The notes under the pieces: model-generated | Told to the model about the DNA's origin: nothing | The model's database searches: none | Seen by the model: the letters and a program-made list of their open reading frames with translations, nothing else | NCBI GenBank assembly: GCA_041665145.1 | Contig: JBAYJK010000001.1 | Coordinates: 10,779 to 74,778, forward strand | Source of the DNA: Patescibacteria group bacterium | GTDB taxonomy: Bacteria > Patescibacteriota > Microgenomatia > UBA1406 | Direction: 5' to 3' | Length of the DNA stretch: 64,000 nt | Shown: piece after piece, positions 1 through 9,900 of the stretch | Position numbering within the stretch: the stretch's first letter is position 1 | Layout: each line of letters opens with the position of its first letter | Translations under genes and position numbers: made by a program

Positions 1-399
1 ACAGCACAGGACAAAATTTGGGTAAGCATTGACACGAACGCAAATTCGGGAGCCTATATTTATATTTATGATCAATACGGAGGTTTACGAAGTCAGGTTG
101 AGGCGTATACAATAAGCGCGCAATCAGTTGATTTGACGGGAGCAGCGGAGGGTTTTGGTCTTCAAGGCGACACAGCAACTCAGACAAGCGGTGGTCCTCT
201 CGCGTTGGTTGCCCCGTATAACGGAGCAGGAAATAATGTCGGAATTGTTGATACGAGTTTCCGGGAAGTATTTTCTACAACCGGCCCGGTTATCGGAGGG
301 AGAGGCTCTCTTCTTTTGAAAGCAAAACCTTCAAACCTAACGCCTTCGGCAAGCGATTATTCAGATACGCTTACATTCATAACTTCCGCTACATTCTGA
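1..399 (+). CDS. 3' end of a secreted beta-strand-rich surface/fimbrial-like protein (5' end lies outside the window)
   Basis: Frame 1 is open from nt 1 to TGA at 397-399. The sequence is Gly/Thr/Ser-rich. The C-terminus PSASDYSDTLTFITSATF resembles the terminal strand of SCPU/fimbrial-type subunits (by eye only). Confidence 0.45.
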   Translation, partial: TAQDKIWVSIDTNANSGAYIYIYDQYGGLRSQVEAYTISAQSVDLTGAAEGFGLQGDTATQTSGGPLALVAPYNGAGNNVGIVDTSFREVFSTTGPVIGGRGSLLLKAKPSNLTPSASDYSDTLTFITSATF

Positions 400-516
400 A
401 GTGACGCAGAAGCTGTCATAGAGCCCTGAAGTTAACATGCTTTTGTGTTGCGGATCACCTCGAATTGTAGTATAAAAATACTAGGACAATAACGCGTTAT
501 AACAGCTCGAAAGGTA

Positions 517-3500
517 ATGAATAAACGGACGTCTTTAAATCTTAAATTTGTGGTGTGGGGTGTGATATGGTTTGCATTCTTTTTATTCTTTTTGAAACAT
601 TCCGTACTCGCTGCAACAGGAATCAATCAACGTATTCATTTCCAGGGTAAAGTAGTAAATGCAGACGGGACCAATGTAACAGACGGAGCGTATAATTTTA
701 CATTTGTGATGTATGACGGTGCGGGGTCTGCAGCATCAACATTATTTACTGAAACATGGGCAACAGCCTCATTGTTTTCTGCAACAATGTCATCTGCGCC
801 TGGTTCCAACGGGGAGTCATTGGTATATACTGCTGACACGAATGAGGGAACGCTGAAAGTCGGGCAAATACTTTGGAACGTGACCAAAAAAGAACCTGTA
901 ACCATAACTTCAGTAACTACAGGCACAAATACTCTTGGTATTTCAGCTACACGTCAGGCGTGGGCAAACTCGGATACCATAACAAATGCGATCTATGTCA
1001 AAGACGGAGTATTTTTTGTTGACTTAAATTCTCTGAATGATGATTTCTCAGGAGTTGAATTTGATACGGACAATATTTTTCTCGGTATAAGCTATGCGGC
1101 GGATACGGAAATGAAACCAAGGATCCGTTTTACCGCTGCGCCGTACGCCATGAATGCGTTGACGGTAAACGGTCTGAATGTTACCGCTTCGAACGGAACA
1201 TTAACAATACCAAATGGAGCGACTGTTGCTTTTTCGGGGGCCAACAGCCTGACGATTGCAACATCAGGAACAACAACTGCAACACTACCGTCAGGAACCA
1301 TCACTATTGTAGACACCGCCACCTCACAAGCACTTACCAATAAAACCATCGGGTCCACCGGATTGATTTTTAATGGCGCTACGACTGATATTACGACGGT
1401 CAGTAATGAAAATCTGGTCATAATTCCGAACGGAACGGGAAATGTCGGTATCGGAACAACAAATCCCCTAGCGCTTCTTGATGTTTCCGGAACGGCGAGT
1501 GTTTCAGGAAACATAACACTGGGCAACGGGGCACTACTCCGTTCCGCATACGGACCATTGCAACTTGCGTATAAGTCGGCGTTTGACACATGGGCAACCG
1601 GAATAACCTTGCAGGATTCAACGGGAAATGTGGGAATCGGCTCACTAATACCGGAGCAAAAACTAGCAGTTAATGGAGGTATCGCTCTCATTGATCCAAC
1701 CTCGGGAGGAGCAACAATCATGTCTTATGCACAACCATCATACGGCAGATTATCATACTCGGTAACTCCTGCTGGCGGTAAATCAGAAGTGAAATTCTCA
1801 AGCCGGGGAGCGACAGGGGGTACGGGACAAACGTATTTTGTTATCGGAGAGTCCGATGGCGCGAGTGATATAGGAAATAATTTGTTACTTGGCGTCTCAA
1901 GCGGCCGGGCTTTTATTACGAATGCATATGATTATAACTCTGCCGGGACGCTTCATTTGGGTGGTTCGTCATGGTCGGCTAATGGGGTGGTTCAAATCGC
2001 CGGTGAAGCAAGCACAACGGGAATTATGGCGGTTATGGGAACGGCAACAGCAAGTGGTAATCTGATGTCCGGAGGCCAACTGCAAGTCGGCAGGTTCGGT
2101 GCTGACCCGGCACAATTAGGCGTCGGGTCGATGTATTACAACACAATCTCAAATAAATTCCGCTGTTACGTCAACAGTGCATGGGCAGATTGCGATACGA
2201 CTGCAGGAAGTCCGACATGGTCAGCGCTTCAAGCTCCCGGAGGAAATCTTTCCTTGGCAATGTCCACCTATACTACGGCATTTAATTGGGCGACGGGAAC
2301 AGGTGCTAATGACCTGCTTTCTCTCACAACAGACGCATCGGCAAATGGGACAGGAGCTCTTCTTAATGTTCAGACAGGAACGTCATCAACCATCTTGCCT
2401 TTGCGAGTGAGGGCAGGAGCGGTTGAGGGATTGACTATTAATGCTTCCGGCAACGTGGGAATCGGTTCGACGACACCTGTGCAAAAGTTGGATGTAATTG
2501 GTAACGCAACAGCTTCCGGCAATCTTACCATGGGCGGGCAATTACAAGTCGGTAGATTTGGCGGTGATCCTGCCGCGCTCGGGGCGGGTTCGTTGTACTA
2601 CAATACAACAAGCAATTCTGTTCTTCTGTATAACGGTTCAGCATGGGGTGCGCTCGGAGCAGGAGGTTCGCTTCCTTCCGGGACAACGGGATATACCATG
2701 TACTATAACGGAAGTTCGTGGGTTGCCTCGGGCAATATTTATAATAACAATGGGAATGTGGGAATCGGTACCACGGATCCCTTGGCAAAACTGGCAGTCA
2801 ATGGCAATATGAGTGTTCTCGGTTACGCGACAGCAAGTGCATCTCTTTCGGTTGGAAGTTATGGGGCTCTTGGTGGTGTGGGCAACGGTGTGTTTAGCGG
2901 GTACTTAGGTATCGGCACGGCAACGCCGACACGCAAATTAGATGTCTCGAGCGCCACCTCATTTGCAACTCTCGGTTATTTCGATTGGAGCCCGGGAAGT
3001 ATTGCAGTATCGACAGATGATTTGTTTGCGCTCAATATTGGATCGAACGGGTCAATCGGGAACATTTTCAATGTCAAAGACAATGGGGGTACGGTGTTTG
3101 GAATTTCACAATCTCTCATTACCGCAAATTTACCCGCTAACTTTACCGCAGAAGGTGACATCGGGTTTGCCTACGATCTTAATTTTACGAATTCAACCTC
3201 CTCGTTCATAAAATCAGCTGCGCCCATATATGTGGTAGCAGGAGAGGTTTACGGTTCCTCAAATCTTACATTACGGACCTACAATTTCGGAAATGTGGTT
3301 GTCGACTCTCATTTTTATGTTTCTAATCCGACAGCAACGGGGAAAGCCCTCGCTATATTCGATCAATTGGAGAATCAGGATATTTTTACCGCATCTGCGT
3401 CCGGAGTTCCAAAATTTACTGTTAACAGATCAGGGAGTGCAACAGCATCGGGAAATCTTACCGCTGGTGGTCAATTGCAGGTCGGCCGGTTTACTGCAGA

Positions 3501-6500
3501 CCCCGCAGCACTTGGCGCTGGATCTCTATATTTCAATACAACAAGCAACTCGGTTCTTTTGTATAACGGATCTACCTGGGGAGCGCTTGGGGGTGGTTCA
3601 GCAGCGTGGTCCGGAATAACCGCACCAACAACGAGTCTTTCCATGAATATGTATCAGGCAGTCGGAACGAGTTTCGCCACAACATTTACTTACGGAAACG
3701 CAACATCGACAACGAACCTTTTCAACATCACCGACACCAATTCGAATAGCGGTACGGGATATATGGTTAACCTGACAACCGGAACAAGTTCAGCGCTCAA
3801 ACCGTTTCATGTGGCAGCTGCAGGAGTTGAGGCGCTCCTCGTGAATGCTGCCGGAAATGTTGGGGTAGGAACTACTGCTCCGACTCAGAAATTAGATGTT
3901 GTAGGCAACGCAACAGCCTCTGGTAATCTCACCACGGGAGGACAATTGCAACTGGGAAGATTCGGAGGGGATCCAAATGCAGTAGGGCCCGGATCTCTAT
4001 ACTTCAACACAACAAGTAACTCTGTGTTGCTGTACAACGGATCATCATGGGGAGCTCTTGGAGCGGGGGGGTCGCTTCCTTCCGGAACAACGGGATATAC
4101 CATGTATTATGACGGAAGCTCGTGGGTTGCCTCAGGCAACATTTTCAACAACAATGGGAATGTAGGGATTGGTACAACAAATCCCACTTCAAAGTTGGAG
4201 GTCAACGGTACGGTTACTGCGACGGCGTTTGCCGGGAACGGAACAAATTTAACCGGAATAGCAGGAGCAACGGGAGGTATTACCAACACAGTCAACACAA
4301 ATATTATTGCCGACAACGATTCAAACGGTTCTGGTCAAATTACGCTAACCATCGGATCCACAGATGCATTTGTTTTGACAAATGGCGGAAACATCGGGAT
4401 TGGTACGGGTAGTCCCTTAGAAAAATTGCACATCACTAATGGTAACGTTCTTATTGATACGCGGACAACATCGACACAAACAGAGCAAACAACTTATACT
4501 CAAATCTCCGGAACACAGGGAACAATCGGGGGTAATAATTCTGCTATCGCAAGTGCAAGCGCATCGGTAGTTTATAACGGTAGTTTGTATGTAGGTACTT
4601 CAAAAGCGAATGAGGCGGAAATTTACCGATTGGTCAATCCCAGTACAGATACTTGGGAGCGCGTATCATATGGGACAGGAACGATTGCCAATGGAGGGAC
4701 AGCCAATATCGATAGGATTGCATCAATGGCTGTATATAATGGGTATTTGTACGTCGGTACGTATGAGTCAAATAGCGCAGAAATTTACCGGTACGGTGGG
4801 GGGACCACCACATCGGCTGTTTGGACAAAGGTCTCTCTTGCCGCAGGAACAATTTTAAGCACTGCGTCTATTGACGGTGTTTCCGCACTCGGTGTTTACA
4901 ACGGTAAGTTGTACGCTGGCACATGGGAGCCGGCACGTGCGGAAATTTACCGCTACGACGGAGGAACGGTATGGGTTCGTATTTCCACTACAACACCAGG
5001 GACTATTCTTACCACGGCATCAGTGGATGGTGTCACACAGTTGTTTACCTGGATGAACGATTTGCATGCAGTTACCCACAGACCGGGAAATTCTGACATT
5101 TACCGATATTCGTCAGGGACTACATGGATACGAGATGCACAAGTCACCTCAAATGTTGACGAAATCTCAAGTGTTGCGGTATACAACGGGAGATTGTATG
5201 TTGCCACAAGACGACAAGGTTTGGCGCAAGTGTACCGTATTGATGGACATATAGGTGTGACCGCATACACCGCAAACTCTATTATTAGTGCAAACGGAAC
5301 CATTGTTTCAGGAGGGACATCTGCCATAAACGGGATATCTGCTATGGGTATGTACAACGGGAGATTGTACATAGGAACTGATAAACCGAATGCGGCAGAA
5401 GTGTATCGATTTGATGGCGACAAAAATTGGACGAAAGTTACCCAAGGAGGGGCAACTACAGGTCAGATTGCAAGCGGGGGGACGGGGAACCTGGATTCGA
5501 TATCGTTTATCACGCAGTTGAATGATTCTATGTATCTTGGAGCGGCTGATACTTCGGGTGCCGAGGTGTATAGTCAAACAATTTCCACAGGACAATCGTA
5601 TGCACTGAAGTTTCATGCAGAAACTCCGCTCGTTCCCGAGGTGAATGGTTTATTGAATGACGCTGAGATATACTTCTCAGCAAGTGCGGGCGCTAATTTT
5701 ACAACGAGTGGACAAGGCACCGGAGGATTTATTTTTTCCCACTCGATCATTACCAACTCCGGCGCGTATGATGTTGCAGAAGATTATCCGATCCGCGACG
5801 ATACAATCGAACCGGGCGATATTGTCAGTATCGATACCAACGAACGGGGATTTGTAAGGAAATCCGCAACACCCTACGATCGTACTATGATCGGTGTGTA
5901 CTCCGAGAAACCGGCGCTTCGCCTTTCACAACAAGACGGAACAATTGGAGGGGGGAATGTGATTCCTGTCGCACTTGCCGGGCGGGTACCGGTCAAGGTA
6001 TCAACCGAAAACGGATCCATTAAGGCAGGTGATTCACTTACTACTTCATCTGCACCCGGAGTTGCCATGAAAGCCACGAGAACGGGTAGTGTATTGGGAA
6101 GAGCAATGGAATCTTACGACGGGGACGGTGTTGGAAGGATCCTTGTATTTGTAAATATGTCTTCATATGTGGTCGACAACAGCACGCTGATTGATTTTAC
6201 AAACGCAAGTGACTCCGGTTCCCTCATTCTTACCGGCGCACTGGAAGGCTTGGGAGATGGTGTAGATTTGCGTATGGCGCTGAGCGATATAAGCAAAATA
6301 AATGCCGATGTTTCGCTTCTGGATTCGAAAGTAGCATCTCTTGAGGCGGTATTACAGGCACAGGCAGGAACAGACTCCGGAAGCCTCCATACAAATCGAA
6401 CCGAAACCAATATAATTGCTTCCGCAACGGGACTTACTTTTTTGGGAGACACAACTGCATACGAATTGAATGTCATCAATAAGTTTACACTCGGCTTGTT

Positions 6501-6942
6501 AAGTATCGAATCCGGTGCGTCGGCAAGCGGAAGCATTCAAACTGTCATCGAACCTCTTAAATTGCAGGCAGACGCACTCGGGAACCTGGAGATTATGGGA
6601 AGCAGTATTATTATCGATACGGCAGGAAATATGCTCGTCAAGGAAACATTAACAGCTCGGAACTTAAAGACAAATCAGCTGACTATTTTGGAGGAAAAAG
6701 AAGCTTCAAGCGGTGCTGTTCTTTCATCTTCGGCAGGAAAATCGGAGATTTTGATAGGAGAACTTTCCGTGATCGCGACAACCTCTGCGTTGACCGAGCA
6801 GTCGCTTATCTTTGCGACTCCGGAGAACATGCCCGTCAGTGTGGCAGCCAAAAGAGACGGCGATAATCGAATCGAATTGTCTATCGCTTCTCCACTTTCA
6901 AAGGTCTTAAAAATAAGCTGGTGGGTTATTAACAGAGATTAA
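517..6942 (+). CDS. 2141-aa cell-surface mega-protein with an N-terminal anchor, tail-fibre-like repeats, a 7-blade propeller-like block and a tail-spike-like C-terminal region
   Basis: Uninterrupted ORF. The N-terminus is hydrophobic (KFVVWGVIWFAFFLFFLKHSVLAATG). There are 8 copies of GN(V/I)G(I/V)Gxx(x)PxxKL, 4 copies of ASGNLxxGGQLQ(V/L)GRFxxDPxxxGxGSxY(Y/F)NT, and 7 copies of YNGxLYxGT...AE(I/V)YR-type units. Confidence 0.85.
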   Translation: MNKRTSLNLKFVVWGVIWFAFFLFFLKHSVLAATGINQRIHFQGKVVNADGTNVTDGAYNFTFVMYDGAGSAASTLFTETWATASLFSATMSSAPGSNGESLVYTADTNEGTLKVGQILWNVTKKEPVTITSVTTGTNTLGISATRQAWANSDTITNAIYVKDGVFFVDLNSLNDDFSGVEFDTDNIFLGISYAADTEMKPRIRFTAAPYAMNALTVNGLNVTASNGTLTIPNGATVAFSGANSLTIATSGTTTATLPSGTITIVDTATSQALTNKTIGSTGLIFNGATTDITTVSNENLVIIPNGTGNVGIGTTNPLALLDVSGTASVSGNITLGNGALLRSAYGPLQLAYKSAFDTWATGITLQDSTGNVGIGSLIPEQKLAVNGGIALIDPTSGGATIMSYAQPSYGRLSYSVTPAGGKSEVKFSSRGATGGTGQTYFVIGESDGASDIGNNLLLGVSSGRAFITNAYDYNSAGTLHLGGSSWSANGVVQIAGEASTTGIMAVMGTATASGNLMSGGQLQVGRFGADPAQLGVGSMYYNTISNKFRCYVNSAWADCDTTAGSPTWSALQAPGGNLSLAMSTYTTAFNWATGTGANDLLSLTTDASANGTGALLNVQTGTSSTILPLRVRAGAVEGLTINASGNVGIGSTTPVQKLDVIGNATASGNLTMGGQLQVGRFGGDPAALGAGSLYYNTTSNSVLLYNGSAWGALGAGGSLPSGTTGYTMYYNGSSWVASGNIYNNNGNVGIGTTDPLAKLAVNGNMSVLGYATASASLSVGSYGALGGVGNGVFSGYLGIGTATPTRKLDVSSATSFATLGYFDWSPGSIAVSTDDLFALNIGSNGSIGNIFNVKDNGGTVFGISQSLITANLPANFTAEGDIGFAYDLNFTNSTSSFIKSAAPIYVVAGEVYGSSNLTLRTYNFGNVVVDSHFYVSNPTATGKALAIFDQLENQDIFTASASGVPKFTVNRSGSATASGNLTAGGQLQVGRFTADPAALGAGSLYFNTTSNSVLLYNGSTWGALGGGSAAWSGITAPTTSLSMNMYQAVGTSFATTFTYGNATSTTNLFNITDTNSNSGTGYMVNLTTGTSSALKPFHVAAAGVEALLVNAAGNVGVGTTAPTQKLDVVGNATASGNLTTGGQLQLGRFGGDPNAVGPGSLYFNTTSNSVLLYNGSSWGALGAGGSLPSGTTGYTMYYDGSSWVASGNIFNNNGNVGIGTTNPTSKLEVNGTVTATAFAGNGTNLTGIAGATGGITNTVNTNIIADNDSNGSGQITLTIGSTDAFVLTNGGNIGIGTGSPLEKLHITNGNVLIDTRTTSTQTEQTTYTQISGTQGTIGGNNSAIASASASVVYNGSLYVGTSKANEAEIYRLVNPSTDTWERVSYGTGTIANGGTANIDRIASMAVYNGYLYVGTYESNSAEIYRYGGGTTTSAVWTKVSLAAGTILSTASIDGVSALGVYNGKLYAGTWEPARAEIYRYDGGTVWVRISTTTPGTILTTASVDGVTQLFTWMNDLHAVTHRPGNSDIYRYSSGTTWIRDAQVTSNVDEISSVAVYNGRLYVATRRQGLAQVYRIDGHIGVTAYTANSIISANGTIVSGGTSAINGISAMGMYNGRLYIGTDKPNAAEVYRFDGDKNWTKVTQGGATTGQIASGGTGNLDSISFITQLNDSMYLGAADTSGAEVYSQTISTGQSYALKFHAETPLVPEVNGLLNDAEIYFSASAGANFTTSGQGTGGFIFSHSIITNSGAYDVAEDYPIRDDTIEPGDIVSIDTNERGFVRKSATPYDRTMIGVYSEKPALRLSQQDGTIGGGNVIPVALAGRVPVKVSTENGSIKAGDSLTTSSAPGVAMKATRTGSVLGRAMESYDGDGVGRILVFVNMSSYVVDNSTLIDFTNASDSGSLILTGALEGLGDGVDLRMALSDISKINADVSLLDSKVASLEAVLQAQAGTDSGSLHTNRTETNIIASATGLTFLGDTTAYELNVINKFTLGLLSIESGASASGSIQTVIEPLKLQADALGNLEIMGSSIIIDTAGNMLVKETLTARNLKTNQLTILEEKEASSGAVLSSSAGKSEILIGELSVIATTSALTEQSLIFATPENMPVSVAAKRDGDNRIELSIASPLSKVLKISWWVINRD
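2500..2805 (+). repeat. Internal 306-nt coding repeat, copy B (GNATASGNL...GNVGIGTTDPLAKLAVNG)
   Basis: Aligns codon-for-codon with 3904-4209. The core 2668-2735 differs from 4072-4139 at only 5 of 68 nt by my count, while the flanks are about 70% identical. Confidence 0.8.
3904..4209 (+). repeat. Internal 306-nt coding repeat, copy D (GNATASGNL...GNVGIGTTNPTSKLEVNG)
   Basis: Partner of 2500-2805. Shorter related modules lie at 2038-2196 and 3433-3597. Confidence 0.8.
4564..5577 (+). repeat. Seven tandem about 45-50-aa blade-like repeats (putative 7-bladed beta-propeller) inside the mega-protein
   Basis: The seven units are VYNGSLYVGTSKANEAEIYRL, VYNGYLYVGTYESNSAEIYRY, VYNGKLYAGTWEPARAEIYRY, WMNDLHAVTHRPGNSDIYRY, VYNGRLYVATRRQGLAQVYRI, MYNGRLYIGTDKPNAAEVYRF and QLNDSMYLGAADTSGAEVYS. 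Confidence 0.6.
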
Positions 6943-6945
6943 CGT

Positions 6946-9900
6946 ATGAAAAAATTCCGAATTTTATTTGTTGTTGCCCTCAGCGCAGTCGTGCTTTTTG
7001 TCACGTTACTGCTGTATTTATACTTTTCCGCAAAAAGTGCACGGGCTGCCTGGTTTGACGATTCCTGGCGCTACCGGGTAGAGATACCGATCTCTGCGCA
7101 TACGGCAGCTGAGAACAATGTATATCTGTCGTTGACCGGAGCCGACGGAATAGACACAACAGACACGACAAAGTTTCAACCGGACTGCGGTGACATACGC
7201 TTCATGGACAGTAACGGTAATCTTCTGCCATATTTTCTGACAACAGCCTGTGGTTTGTCACAGACAGGATTTCATGTATTGTTTAACGAATTTCCATCCG
7301 GCACACAAACAATCTATTATTATTACGGTAATGCAAGTGTCCCGAACGGATTTTCTTCTCAAGACTTTACATCTCCGGCAACGGGGGTAACACTGGGGAC
7401 GCGGGGTTCAGAAACAAACTCACCGGTTTCGCCGATCGCAATCTGGGAATTCGATGAAGGAACCGGGCAGGTAATTAATAATACGATCGGAGTAGTGAAC
7501 ACGGGAACGCTTGGACCAGACAACACAGTTACGAGCACCGACCCATCGTGGGCGACAGAAGATATGTGTGCGGCTGGAAAATGCCTGAGTTTTGCCGGTT
7601 CAAATTCACAGTATGTTAACTTCAGCAATTCGGTGGCAGCAGTAAAGTCCATAGGATTTTGGATTCGGCCGACTTCCACAACAACGTCAGTAGCTGTATT
7701 AAACGGCGCAGCAGGAAACGCCTCAATCAGTATTTCCTCAGGGACTATTTCGACCGGTGCAGGTTTTGCAACCCCAACGGTTTATGTGAACGGAGTGATC
7801 TCATCAACGATTGCGGCAAATACCTGGCAGTACGTTGTCATCACCACAGAAACAGGAATTACAGCAAGCAATATTATGCTTGGCAGGGTAAATACGGGAT
7901 ACTTTAACGGGTTTATGGATGGAGTAAAGATATATGGAACTGCGCTCTCTTCTGCCCAGATTAAAGCAAACTATGCGGCAGGTATGGGGCAATCCGGTAC
8001 CATAAAAGGCTCAGCGGTCAGTCTTGGCTCAAATTCCCAGGGCGGTATTAATTTAACAAACGGGCTGGTGGGATATTGGAAAATGGATGAATCTTCCGGC
8101 AATGTTGCTGACGCATCCGGCAATAGTATGACAGGAACGGTTACAGGAACTACTGCGGTAAGTGGAAAATTCGGGAATGCACGAAGCTTTACCGGTACGG
8201 ACCAGATCGCGGTTAGTTCTATATCCGGCGTTAAAACGATCGGTTTCTGGTTGTATGTAACCAATACAACCACAGATATTATCCGGCTTTCTACGAGTCC
8301 GACAACAAATATTACTGCGGCGGGGACACTTTCAGCCACAGGCTTTACTGACCCGCTTATGTATGTAGATGGAGTGCAAACAACCACGCTGTCCGCGAAT
8401 GTATGGCAATATGTGGCAGTAACCTCACAAACCGGAATTACAGCCGACGGGATTCTGCTCGGGCGCGTATCATCGGCGCTTATCGGGTACCTCGATGAGG
8501 TTCGCATCTATAATCGAACACTTACTCAAAAAGATATCGTAGATTTACACAATTTTTCTCCCGGACCGGTCGGTTATTGGAAAATGGATGAGGGTACCGG
8601 CACAACAGTATATGATGCGGGCGGAAACGGGTATTCCGGGACTTTCGGTTCGGGTTCATCTGCTCCCACCTGGGAAGAAGGTAGAATCGGTCACGGATTA
8701 AACTTCAAAGCTTCGGGAAGTTCCGGATCTGTTACCATTCAGCCAGATTCTACTGCGGGTGCCGATACCTATCTTGGCGATTGTAGTGCGGATACCAACT
8801 TTGGGACCGAAACATTTGTGACCCTAGAAAATGCCGGTTGTTCACATGTGGGGGTGATTAAATTCGATCTTTCAAGCTTACCCGTTGATGCGGTAGTGAC
8901 ATCAGCAACTCTGACATTAGAAGTGATTTCTGCCGGCGGTACCCAGAATATTGTAGTTAATAGAATATTGAGCGGTAACTCTTCCTGGACTGAAACGGGG
9001 GCAACATGGAACAACCAGGTCGGAACGACTCCGTGGGCCGGTTCAGGAGGGTGCTTTACTTCAGGGACAGATTATTCGTCGACTCTGATGGGATCCGTTA
9101 CGAATTCGGTGGGTTCGCACGACATTACTTTGGATACTGCGGAGGTTAATTCAATGATAGCAAGCAATAACGGTATGCGTTTGTTTTCTGACGGGTTTTT
9201 TCAGATGAGGGTTGCTTCGTCCGAGGATTCGACTCCATCCATCCGACCGAAACTTGTCATTAATTACTCTTCGGTCACCGACCAGTACTTTGCTACGGGA
9301 AACCAGACATTCATTACCGGCAACTCGTCGACATATAAAAATGTTTCTTGGGGTGGGTGGATAAAACCGAAAACAACAGCAACATCGAGAACCATAATTC
9401 ATAAAGGTAATGAATTCAGACTGACGACAGATGCGACGGCTAAAGCTAATTGCTCAATCTACGCTTCCTCATGGCAGACACCGGCAGTTGCCACAGATGC
9501 CTTGCCGACAAATTCGTGGTCACATGTCATGTGTACGTATGATGGTGAAAATGTCAGGGTTTATGTTAATGGAATGTTGTCGGGAAGCGTCGCCCAGACC
9601 AATAGTGTCGTGAGCACGAATACCACCGCGCTCAATGTGGGAAGAGATGTTGATAACAGCAGCTATTTTGTCGGTAATCTCGACGAAGTAAGGATTTATA
9701 ATTACACGCGTACTTCCCGACAAATTGCTGTGGATATGAGTGGCGCATATTCCGGCGCAGGTCTGGCTATTGGAATACCTGCAGGATATTGGAAAATGGA
9801 TGAACAACAAGGACAGTCTCTGAACAACGCTAACACGAGTGGTGCAATAACCGCTTCTCTCGGAACAACATCGGGATCAGAGTCTCAGGATCCGGTCTGG

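Noticed and set aside
2038-4209. A diversity-generating retroelement (template and variable repeat) as an explanation for the near-identical modules in the mega-protein.
   Set aside because: There is no reverse transcriptase in the window. Both copies are in-frame coding modules of the same gene. The mismatches I counted are not confined to adenine positions.
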